Assembly: GCF_006345805.1 (NCBI RefSeq)
Contig: NC_042997.1
Span: 192,944,001 to 193,008,000, forward strand
DNA from: Octopus sinensis
Taxonomy: Eukaryota
Reading direction: 5' to 3'
DNA: 64,000 nucleotides
The notes under the pieces were generated by a model. It saw nothing but the letters and a program-made list of their open reading frames with translations, was not told the origin of the DNA and made no database searches. A program made the position numbers and the translations under genes. Below, piece by piece: positions 51,501 to 64,000 of the stretch (within the stretch, counting starts at the first letter, position 1; every line of letters starts with the position of its first letter).

Positions 51501-54500
51501 GTAGAAACCATGCCAGATCAGATTGGAGCCTGGTGCAGCCATCTGGTTCGCCAGACCTCAGTCAAATCATCCAACCCATGCTAGCATGGAAAGCAGACGT
51601 TAAACGATGATGATGAGCTACATGACTACTCACATTTAGAAGAGAGGATGTTAAATGATAATGAAGATGATGCTGAAAATGACTGGGTAGATCTAGCAAA
51701 AGATAAAATAGTGGTGATGAGATATCTTCATGGGCCCTCAAAGTATGAAGTGAGTAGAAGTGAGTGCAGACAGAAATGAGGATAAAGTAATCAAAAATAA
51801 TTAACACACATTAGTAGACAGAGACAACAAAATATTAGCTATTGATCTAGAATTTCATACACTAAATTAGCCTTTTGTAATTAATTAGATAGCACATACT
51901 TTGATAAATGCAGTACTTCTTTTGATCAGCCAACACTATACAAGCAAGACATGGTCCACTGATCGAAGAAAGTATCTCTGAATAAGAAGTGAATAACTGA
52001 ATTAGAGTGTCACAGCCCACGTAACCAGAACCAGAATGGAAGGCAGGTGTAAAAAGAATGGCTATGATGAATTAATAGCTGATATTTTATAGTTGTAAAT
52101 CACCCTCATTCTCGTTTTTATGCCCACTACCCATGCTGGTATGGGTTGGAGGGACTGTCACACTCTGATTCAGTTCTTATTCAGAGTTACTGTCATATCT
52201 TGGATTAGTGGACTATGTCTTGCTAGTACAGGGTCAGCAGATGAAAAGAAGTACTGCTTATCAAAGTAAATGGTATCCAATTTAAAATGTATGAAGGGGC
52301 GCTGAAAAGTTCCTGGCTTTGGGTAAAAGAAAATACAGGAGACTCAGTTAATTATGATTTTATAGAATACTAGCACTATGACCCAGCGTTGCTGGGTCAT
52401 AGTGCTAGTGCATGCATATACAGCTGCATGTGTGCGCACATACACGCCAGTACTGTCCAAATCTCTGACCAATCACATACAGCTAGCTGGCATTCAATTG
52501 GTGTATCAAGTTTCAAGCATTTTGATTGGGTTTTGGATAGAAAATTTTTTTAAAAGTCACTTCTATTGATTTTTTAATGGTTTTGCGGGGTGACTGGGGA
52601 AATGTAAAGATGTGCACGACCACCCTTGGATGGTTTTGAATGACCATAGAAAGTGCGAGCCCTCTAACTGAAAAATTGTGGATTTGTATAAAGGATTTCA
52701 TTATATGTTTTTCTGTCAACTTTTTAAGAAAATTTTCTGAAGAAAGTCACACACAAAACAAAGTCTATCGCTATTTCACATATTATTTTGTATTCTATAC
52801 ATGGCCCAGCAACTTACAGGCCTCTTTACCTAGTGGTTAATCAAACTACAACACTAAAATAATAATTTAATAAACATCGGATGCAGTTCAGAAAATATCA
52901 AATAAAAAACATTACTCAATTCGAGAGAAATAGAAGAAATGAGAGTGCAAAAGACATGAAAGTGGGTGTTTAAATTAACATACTCAGTTCTAAAGATTAC
53001 ATAACAAAACTTTAATAAAATGTATAATGTTTATGTATTCACAACTTTATATATTCTTTATAAAGTTACAGAAAGAGCTGCATATGTCTTAAGAGCCACA
53101 GAGTATCCTGCCTGCTTTAAGAGAAGCAGTGCTGGATTAACCATTAAGCAAAATAAGCCTGTGCTTCAGGCATCAAGGGAAGGAGGGGGCACCACAAAAA
53201 TGGTAAACGGTTTACAGCACAAAAGAAATCATTTTAAAATTTGCTAAAATAATATTCAAAGAAGTGTACACGATCGGAAATGTAATTTCAAAGCATTCAT
53301 GGTGTCTTAGTGAGGATCTGATCAAAGACTTTACAATTGAAAAAAATAGTAGAAAAATTTTCAAATATAAATAAATTTGCGGTATACAAAAATAAACATT
53401 ATTTTCTATTTTACTGTTAGCTTTTAGAGAGCAATGGGGGTGGGGTGGGGGAACATTCTAATTTCTAATTTTTTTTAAAGGCTTACCCCATCGCTTGCAA
53501 GTGTGTAGTGCAAAATAAAAAATAAAAAAAACTAAAATCTGTCTTTAAGGACCCCAGAGAAGGAGAGGGGGAAATAGATTTTCAACTTTTTTTTTAATAA
53601 AAGCCCCTCCCCCTATCATTTGGAAGTGCGCGGTGTAAAAAAAAATTTAAAAACTCCCCTTATAACGAAACTCCGCTCGATTCTACTCTGACCGGGCTAC
53701 TTTCACCTTTTTAACCAGCAAAAAATTATGAGTTAACGAGACAGGTGTTTAAAAATAGTAGCCAAATCTCCAAATCACACCTTTAAAAGACACATTAGAC
53801 AATATGTTCCTGTGTATCCTGCACACAAAAACGGGTTAGTCACCATCGGAATGCTTTTCATTCACCAGAAAGGGGAAGGAGTCCACATCATCTCACTCAG
53901 GTTGACCAGTGCCCTCTGACAGGACCCATCGCTTTGGTCCGGAGCTAAAACAATAACAAATTGAGTTCTGTCTTAGATACAAGACCACAACTCTTAATGG
54001 GAGTAAACAGTCAAATACATGAAGGCCCTGTACTTTCTTATTTCAACAACAGAAGGGTGAAAGGGCAAAGCTGACCTCGGTGGTGTTCGAATAAGAGGAG
54101 ACGAGGCATTTTGTTCGACGCCCCTATTAGTTTTATCAGTCTACAACTCTCTTAACCAGCATAATATCGAAAGGAATGGTTGCAAAAGTGAACAATAATA
54201 ATTATAATCCTTTCTATTACAGGCACAAAGCCTGAAGTTTTGGGGAGATGGGGGTTAGTCGATTACATTGACCCCAAGACTCAACTGGTACGCGAAAGGT
54301 AAAGTTAACCCCAGCCGGGGTAAAGCCAGATATACTGCCGCTACATTTAGCTCGGCGTGCTAACCATTCTACCAGCTCTAATAACAATAATAATAATCCT
54401 TTCTGCTGCAGGCACAAGGGCTGAAATTTTGAGGGAGGGGGCAAGTCAATTACAAGGACCCCACTCCTCAATTGGTACTTAATTTATCCACCCCGAAAGA

Positions 54501-54620
54501 ACGAAAGACAAAGTCAACCTCTGCCGGAATTTTAAAAACAATAATAATAATAAAGCTTACTTGTTGTTTTAAAGCATTCGCCAAAATAGTAGCACCGTCT
54601 AATTCTTCTGTGTCTGTCAT
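19948..54620 (-). CDS. HACL1: 2-hydroxyacyl-CoA lyase 1 (TPP-dependent, peroxisomal); complete gene, 18 coding exons, 573 aa
   Basis: 18 GT-AG exons sum to 1722 nt in continuous phase. Motifs: [74 protein letters not shown]-binding GDS..NNNG; C-terminus WLTSSKL. Confidence 0.97.
20396..20956. mobile_element. Long-TIR fold-back MITE in the last HACL1 intron, interrupted by SINE A
   Basis: Arm TTTGTAAAGAATAAAAAGTTTTGAATGG...GGGCTATATACC...TCTGATATGATATTT is mirrored on the right side. Confidence 0.82.
20646..20880 (+). mobile_element. Full-length tRNA-derived SINE family A with 13-bp TSD
   Basis: A-box-like TGGCAGAAACGTTAG, B-box GAGTTCAAATTCC. TSD AGCTATATAGCCC 20633-20645 and AGGTATATAGCCC 20881-20893. 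Other copies near 7928-8560, 24170-24400(-), 45866-46072, 49566-49800(-), 60315-60420(-). Confidence 0.9.
21048..21234 (-). CDS. HACL1: HACL1 exon 17 ([23 protein letters not shown]...[12 protein letters not shown])
   Basis: 187 nt, within ORF 20943..21299. Confidence 0.95.
22278..22382 (-). CDS. HACL1: HACL1 exon 16 ([35 protein letters not shown])
   Basis: 105 nt, NNNGIY end of the TPP-binding motif. Confidence 0.94.
22668..23062 (+). mobile_element. tRNA-derived SINE family B (central (TA)/(TG) microsatellite, GTAAAAGA tail)
   Basis: GGCTGTGTGGTAAG A-box and GGTTCAGTCCC B-box-like head. Further copies near 19263-19610(-), 25587-25900, 32858-33060(-), 38385-38775, 45223-45617, 47955-48331(-). 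Confidence 0.88.
23090..23303. mobile_element. Tc1/mariner-type MITE
   Basis: TIR CAGGGTGGCCCAAAAGTAGGTTTACAGTTAT (31 bp) flanked by TA on both sides. Confidence 0.9.
24716..24874 (-). CDS. HACL1: HACL1 exon 15 ([20 protein letters not shown]...[19 protein letters not shown])
   Basis: 159 nt, within ORF 24712..24939. Confidence 0.96.
24917..25276 (-). mobile_element. H3 copy, ~40 bp from the HACL1 exon 15 acceptor
   Basis: Reverse complement of 16645-17001, with a TC start. Confidence 0.8.
25921..26024 (-). CDS. HACL1: HACL1 exon 14 ([35 protein letters not shown])
   Basis: 104 nt, phase 0/2. Confidence 0.94.
26895..26996. repeat. Perfect inverted duplication (40-bp arms, 2-nt loop)
   Basis: 26904-26943 is the exact reverse complement of 26946-26985. 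Confidence 0.95.
28105..28158 (-). CDS. HACL1: HACL1 exon 13 ([18 protein letters not shown])
   Basis: 54 nt, P.NYY motif, GTAAGT donor. Confidence 0.9.
29351..29458 (-). CDS. HACL1: HACL1 exon 12 ([36 protein letters not shown])
   Basis: 108 nt, contains the WW motif, GTAAGT donor. Confidence 0.9.
29891..29974 (-). CDS. HACL1: HACL1 exon 11 ([28 protein letters not shown])
   Basis: 84 nt, GTAAG donor. Confidence 0.94.
30089..30194 (-). CDS. HACL1: HACL1 exon 10 ([35 protein letters not shown])
   Basis: 106 nt, phase 2/0. Confidence 0.95.
30625..31255 (+). mobile_element. Second RTE-like LINE fragment (RT C-terminus plus 3' tail)
   Basis: [10 protein letters not shown]...LGIRGI... is homologous to 1366-1480; same 3' tail. 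Confidence 0.8.
31406..31541 (-). CDS. HACL1: HACL1 exon 9 ([46 protein letters not shown])
   Basis: 136 nt, phase 1/2. Confidence 0.95.
32546..32658 (-). CDS. HACL1: HACL1 exon 8 ([37 protein letters not shown])
   Basis: 113 nt, phase 2/1. Confidence 0.93.
34300..34985. repeat. Degenerate ~34-36-bp minisatellite
   Basis: Approximate consensus GGAATTATACTTCCTGTGGTACCTACTTACAGCAG; GTACC-like cores at about 34853, 34887, 34922 and 34957. Confidence 0.7.
35184..35440 (+). mobile_element. tRNA-derived SINE family C
   Basis: GGAGGCGCGTGGCTTAGTGGTTAGGG head. Related heads at about 12246 and 36667; 12246 also shares the GACTGG.GTCCCATCCAG core. Confidence 0.75.
35514..35608 (-). CDS. HACL1: HACL1 exon 7 ([32 protein letters not shown])
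   Basis: 95 nt, GTGAGT donor. Confidence 0.94.
36217..36593 (+). mobile_element. 3' end of another LINE family (WNKLPASVV...FK) with (ATT)n tail
   Basis: CR1-like C-terminal peptide in ORF 35920..36324; inverted copy at about 17196-17410; short tail fragment at 3450-3505. Confidence 0.7.
37547..37624 (-). CDS. HACL1: HACL1 exon 6 ([26 protein letters not shown])
   Basis: 78 nt, inside ORF 37511..37756. Confidence 0.94.
39667..39739 (-). CDS. HACL1: HACL1 exon 5 ([24 protein letters not shown])
   Basis: 73 nt, GTAAGT donor. Confidence 0.94.
39795..40191 (+). mobile_element. Helitron H1 copy
   Basis: A|TC...CCCGAGCAACGCCGGGCGACACTGCTAG|T. Confidence 0.88.
40592..40672 (-). CDS. HACL1: HACL1 exon 4 ([27 protein letters not shown])
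   Basis: 81 nt, phase 2/2. Confidence 0.94.
42797..43188 (-). mobile_element. Non-autonomous Helitron family H2
   Basis: TC and CTAG termini on the minus strand; same 3' end as H1 but a different body. Confidence 0.85.
44503..45766. mobile_element. hAT-type MITE hosting the nested LINE and SINE B
   Basis: Imperfect TIR CAGTGCTACTTAAAGT / CAGTGCTTCTCAAACT; 8-bp TSD ACATAGAT (44495-44502) / ACATGGAT (45767-45774). Confidence 0.8.
44590..45222 (+). mobile_element. 3' fragment of a CR1/L2-group LINE ORF2, uninterrupted frame
   Basis: ORF 44591..45181: [57 protein letters not shown]; followed by an AATGA-like tail. Confidence 0.85.
46270..46310 (-). CDS. HACL1: HACL1 exon 3 ([14 protein letters not shown])
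   Basis: 41 nt, AG/GT boundaries, phase 0/2. Confidence 0.92.
46947..47330 (-). mobile_element. Helitron H2 copy
   Basis: Near-identical to 42797-43188; AT insertion site. Confidence 0.85.
47737..48347. mobile_element. piggyBac-like MITE with nested SINE B
   Basis: TTAA at 47733-47736 and 48348-48351; TIR CCCTTTCATTACT / CCCTTTCATGACT. Confidence 0.78.
48520..48810 (+). mobile_element. Mariner transposase C-terminal remnant
   Basis: [16 protein letters not shown]...[11 protein letters not shown] in ORF 48528..48773 (mariner YSPDLAP.D motif). Confidence 0.88.
49387..49491 (-). CDS. HACL1: HACL1 exon 2 ([35 protein letters not shown])
   Basis: 105 nt, AG/GTAAGT boundaries. Confidence 0.95.
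52370..52695 (-). mobile_element. H3 copy, 5'-truncated
   Basis: Homologous body; perfect 18-bp-arm terminal palindrome. Confidence 0.8.
54561..54620 (-). CDS. HACL1: HACL1 exon 1 ([20 protein letters not shown])
   Basis: ATG at 54620 in context TTAAAATG; donor GTAAGC follows 54561. Confidence 0.88.
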
Positions 54621-55019
54621 TTTAATAACTTGGAAACTCTCGAAGTTCTGTCTTTAAGCACGCATAACAAGGGGCGAAGTTCAGGTCGACTTCAGCACAA
54701 CAACTGACAGTCGAAGCACTTGGCTTAGTTATAAATTATTTAGTCGACTGAATATTGTTCCGGTCGGATTATTTAGTCTAATGTTCTATACGTCTCATAC
54801 TTTTGTTCCTTTGTTTTTCTCTTACATTTTTTTAATATTTAATAATTGTTCGTAAATAGCAAGCTCGACAGTGTGTTTAAGGAGGTCACTTTACAACCAT
54901 GTGGAGTTTTTTTCACTCCCGGTGTGCAACACTGGGCAAGTGGTTTCTGCTATAGCCTAGGGTTGGCCAATGTCTTGTGAGTGAATTTGGTCAACGGAAA
55001 GTGTGGGAAAGTCCATTGT

Positions 55020-55210
55020 ACACACACGCACGCACTCACGCACGCACGCACTCACGCACGCACGCACTCACGCACGCACGCACTCACGCACGCACGCACT
55101 CACGCACACACGCATGCATGCACGTACACAAACACACACACACATACACTCACACACACACACACGCACGCACGAACGCACGAACGCACGCACACACACA
55201 TACACACACA
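55020..55210. repeat. Compound (CACG)/(CACT)/(CA) microsatellite upstream of HACL1
   Basis: Directly visible ~190-bp tract. Confidence 0.95.
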
Positions 55211-55391
55211 TCCTCTAAGATCGTTTACGGGAAACGTTTTTGAATATGTATATAAAAGCTCCTATTTTATTTTGCCAAGTACAACCTAATGATACCAACT
55301 AGCAATAACAGTTTTTTTTTTGGGGGGGGGGGTTGTATCGAGCTGTGCTAATATAATGTAGGATAGATATAGTAATAATAATAATAATGAT

Positions 55392-55543
55392 AATCCATGG
55401 ATGAAATTTATAAATATTTTAATGCATCGCTACGCGTGTTTCTACAAATCACACGTTTCTTATGATCATAGTCCTATGAAATGTGACTTGTGGGAATGCG
55501 CGTAGCGATGCATTAAAATATTTATAAATTCCATCCATGAATC
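55392..55543. mobile_element. Small MITE in (AAT)n
   Basis: ~44-bp TIR ATCCATGGATGAAATTTATAAATATTTTAATGCATCGCTACGCG. Confidence 0.72.
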
Positions 55544-55546
55544 ATA

Positions 55547-55579
<33 letters not shown>

Positions 55580-55720
55580 GGCGTTAGGAAGGGCATCCAG
55601 CCGTAGAAACTCTGCCGAATCAAGACTGGAGCCTGGTGCAACCATCTGGTTCGCCAGCCCTCAGTCAAAATCGTCCAACCCATGCTAGCATGGAAAGCGG
55701 ACGTTAAACGATGATTATTA

Positions 55721-55779
<59 letters not shown>

Positions 55780-55825
55780 GTTATTACTATATATATAAAC
55801 ACACACATATACTTACATACACACA

Positions 55826-56101
55826 TGGGTGCTACTTTGGTGTGTGATATACAAGGAAGATTACTTTAGGTTATCTTTTAAATTATTTTGTACATATTTA
55901 GCACTGTAAATGTATTTTTTTGTCAAACTTCTTACTATTTTGATAAGAAAATTATATAATAATTAAAATACGAGCTTTGGTCACCTACCAAAGGAAATTT
56001 GCTCACGTAGATCATACGGAAAGTAGCATTAACACAAAGTAAACTAAAAAGTAACCTAAAGTAATCTCCCTTGAAGAGATCACACGCCAAAGTAGTACCC
56101 A
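55826..56101. mobile_element. MITE with ~47-bp imperfect TIR
   Basis: TGGGTGCTACTTTGGTGTGTGAT...ATTACTTTAGGTTA mirrored at 56052-56101. Confidence 0.68.
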
Positions 56102-57253
56102 CAAATGTATATATGTATATTTGTGTGTATGTGTGCGTGCTGTGTGTCCGTAGAGGTTCGGACTAAAACGCTCAATAGAGTTAGTACCAGATTAAAAAAC
56201 CCCACTTGGCCGCTGTCGAAGAACTAAAGCAAGTACAACATAAAAGTAGGTAAAACGTTTCCGAAATATTATTCATTCATTATATTTATAAAGGAGTATC
56301 TGTAACTCGTTACAAAACCAACATTACAAAGGGTTTTTCGAATAGCACCCGATAGACACACGCTCACATAATACATACATACATACATACATACATTCTA
56401 CCAATATACAAAGTTTGAAAGTGTTTAATTACAAAAAAATATTTTTTAAATCTGTAGGTCAAAAGGTAAAGATCCCATTACTCATGTAGTAAAGTACTCT
56501 ACGAGTACAGCCTGCATTAGAAAAGGTTACAGTAATCCCTCGACTACCGCGAGAGTTACGTTCCCCCCGCGATAAGTGAAAATCCGCGAAGTAGAAACAG
56601 TACTGCACTATATATATTTTTTATTATCTTTATAATTTGTATACAGTTCGTTTTCGGATTTAGTTTGCAAGATTCTTTATATGAGTTAATGTATTGAAGC
56701 ATATTCTGTTGTGTCTGGGGAGAGTCATTTTCTTTTTGTGCCTTATAATGTAACACACTCACCGGTAAAATTTCACCTAAAATAGTCAAGACTATTGAAA
56801 AGGTTGCAAGACGCAACGAAAATTTTAGGAAAATAAAAATGAGAAATAAGTGGAAATTTTACCGGTGAGTATGTTACATTATAAGACACAAAAAGAAAAT
56901 GACTCTCCCCAGACACAACAGAATATTGTATAAAGTTATTTTATTATAAATGCAAAACAACACCTCGGAGGAATCGACGTAAGCTTAAAAAATAAACCGC
57001 AATAGGTGAACCTCGATATAATGAGGGATTATTGTAGTTATAATCGAAATTCATTTAACACCTCGTGTACTCAAACAATAACAGAAGAAATTAGTCTTTC
57101 CTTCGTTTTGGTCCCAAACTCTTTCAGAGTATCTCAAATATAATCAAATATATTGTTTGTGATAGAACAGAAAACTGGTTTTGTTTTTGTGTTGCGCCCT
57201 TAATACATAAAAAAGAAAGACAGAAAATTGAAACAGTAATTGTTTATTCTACA

Positions 57254-57625
57254 TTAGCAGTATAGCCCGGCGTTGCTCAGTTTTGTTTCGACCCTTTAGA
57301 ATTGGAATTTTTGAAAAGTAAAAATTTTGCATTATGTAGCTTGTTATTCTTTTTAAGTGAACATTTTTCTGGTTGAAATAAACCGAAAAATGGCGACACA
57401 GCAGTAAAAAAATCGTAAAAAAAAAGGGATTCTCATAGAAAAAAGCACCTTTTTGATGTAAATAATTTTTGCTGTTAACATGGTCCGATTTGAAGAGCAA
57501 GCCTTATTCTATCATACTCTCAATTTTGGTCAACTTGCGCCGCAGGGTCCTCGGGGGAGATAGTGTTAGTTGAAGGCTACCAAACCTGCTATACACAGAC
57601 AACTTCAGCTTTATATATATAAAGA
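57254..57625 (-). mobile_element. Helitron H2 copy, 64 bp downstream of the ankyrin-gene stop codon
   Basis: Homologous to the other H2 copies; degenerate CTAG end. Confidence 0.82.
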
Positions 57626-57688
57626 TACACGCGAGCATGCGGGTGCACACGCACACACACGTACAAGCAATGGATGTTCGGAATGTAC

Positions 57689-62722
<5,034 letters not shown>

Positions 62723-62802
62723 CTTAAAATAAATAAACAAACAAATAAATAAATAATTTTTTTTGCTGTAAGCACAAGGCCTGAAATTTTGGGAGAGGGG
62801 CG

Positions 62803-64000
62803 CTAGTCGATTACATCGACCCCAGTGCGTAACTGGTACTTAATTTATCGATCCCGAAAGGATGAAAGGCAAAGTCGACCTCGGTGGAATTTGAACTTAG
62901 AACGTCTTAAAGATGGATTAAGTACCTATTTCTTTACTGCCCACAAGGGGCTAAACACAGAGGGGACAAACAAAGACAGACAAACGGATTAAGTCGTTTA
63001 TATCAACCCCAGTACGTAACTGGTACTTAATTTATCGATCCCGAAAGGATGAAAGGCAAAGTCGACCTCGGTGGAATTTGAACTTAGAACGTCTTAAAGA
63101 TGGATTAAGTACCTATTTCTTTACTGCCCACAAGGGGCTAAACACAGAGGGGACAAACAAAGACAGACAAACGGATTAAGTCGTTTATATCAACCCCAGT
63201 ACGTAACTGGTACTTAATTTATCGATCCCGAGAGGATGAAAGGCAAAGTCGACCTCGTGGAATTTGAACTCAGAACGTCTTAAAGATGGATTAAGTACCT
63301 ATTTCTTTACTGCCCACAAGGGGCTAAACACAGAGGGGACAAACAAAGACAGACAAACGGATTAAGTCGTTTATATCACCCCAGTACGTAACTGGTACTT
63401 AATTTATCGATCCCGAAAGGATGAAAGGCAAAGTCGACCTCGGTGGAATTTGAACTTAGAACGTCTTAAAGATGGATTAAGTACCTATTTCTTTACTGCC
63501 CACAAGGGGCTAAACACAGAGGGGACAACAAAGACAGACAAACGGATTAAGTCGTTTATATCAACCCCAGTACGTAACTGGTACTTAATTTATCGATCCC
63601 GAGAGGATGAAAGGCAAAGTCGACCTCGTGGAATTTGAACTCAGAACGTCTTAAAGATGGATTAAGTACCTATTTCTTTACTGCCCACAAGGGGCTAAAC
63701 ACAGAGGGGACAAACAAAGACAGACAAACGGATTAAGTCGTTTATATCAACCCCAGTACGTAACTGGTACTTAATTTATCGACCCCGAAAGGATGAAAGA
63801 CAAAGTCGACCTCGGTGGAATTTGAACTTAGAACGTCTTAAAGATGGATTAAGTACCTATTTCTTTACTGCCCACAAGGGGCTAAACACAGAGGGGACAA
63901 ACAAAGACAGACAAACGGATTAAGTCGTTTATATCAACCCCAGTACGTAACTGGTACTTAATTTATCGACCCCGAAAGGATGAAAGGCAAAGTCGACCTC
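62803..64000 (-). repeat. Tandem array of ~187-bp SINE-A-derived units (at least 6; runs off the window)
   Basis: Junction CTTAAAGATGGATTAAGTACC starts at 62906, 63093, 63279, 63465, 63650 and 63837. Confidence 0.95.

Larger units (their letters stand above)
2527..55715. mobile_element. About 25 dispersed 3'-end fragments of the RTE-like LINE, both strands (span of copies, not one element)
   Basis: Shared core GGTTGGCGTTAGGAAGGGCATCCAGCTGTAGAAAC...CATGCTAGCATGGAAAGCGGACGTTAAA(TGA)n. Approximate copies: 2527-2860, 5023-5600(-), 6232-6620(-), 11387-11660, 14058-14322, 14460-14705, 18420-18900(-), 23487-23775, 28865-29230(-), 31888-32060, 37045-37285, 38880-39210, 44050-44235(-), 51090-51615, 55580-55715. 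Confidence 0.9.

Noticed and set aside
54621-54900. Defined HACL1 core promoter
   Set aside because: No TATA/Inr I can support; the TSS cannot be placed from sequence alone.
54977-55289. His/Thr/Ala-rich ORFs
   Set aside because: Translations of the CACG/CA microsatellite; the same applies to the VCVC, HTHT and NNNN ORFs elsewhere.
62803-64000. CRISPR-like array
   Set aside because: Units are contiguous near-identical SINE fragments with an invariant linker. There are no unique spacers or cas genes, and the context is a eukaryotic intron.

Overview
AT-rich, microsatellite-dense eukaryotic DNA. The repeat content looks like an Octopus (coleoid cephalopod) genome; that is my inference from pattern recognition, not a database result. 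I reconstructed three spliced genes by hand from GT-AG boundaries with consistent reading phase. (1) The last 7 coding exons of TTC30/IFT70 (+, 302-19115; 5' part lies outside the window). (2) A complete 18-exon HACL1 (-, ATG 54620, stop 19948; 1722 nt, 573 aa, ending in canonical PTS1 -SKL), convergent with TTC30 across an 832-bp gap. (3) The last 3 coding exons of an ankyrin-repeat gene (-, 62722-57689) with a basic Ser-rich tail carrying an RVxF-like motif. Introns are packed with mobile DNA: about 25 5'-truncated RTE-like LINE 3' ends, several tRNA-SINE families, a CR1/L2-like LINE fragment, three non-autonomous Helitron families, mariner, hAT and piggyBac-like MITEs, and many fold-back elements. 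The window ends in a 187-bp SINE-derived tandem array. The most unusual signals are: a Helitron family whose fully palindromic 3' end occurs in flip and flop loop orientations; the SINE-derived satellite with a two-unit higher-order pattern; a perfect 40-bp intronic hairpin; an unexplained hairpin-dense island next to a degenerate ~35-bp minisatellite in HACL1 intron 7; an asymmetric fold-back family; and a PHD-type Cys/His motif inside the RTE ORF. No CRISPR array, rRNA or bona fide tRNA gene was found. TE boundaries are approximate to a few bases unless a TSD or terminus is quoted.
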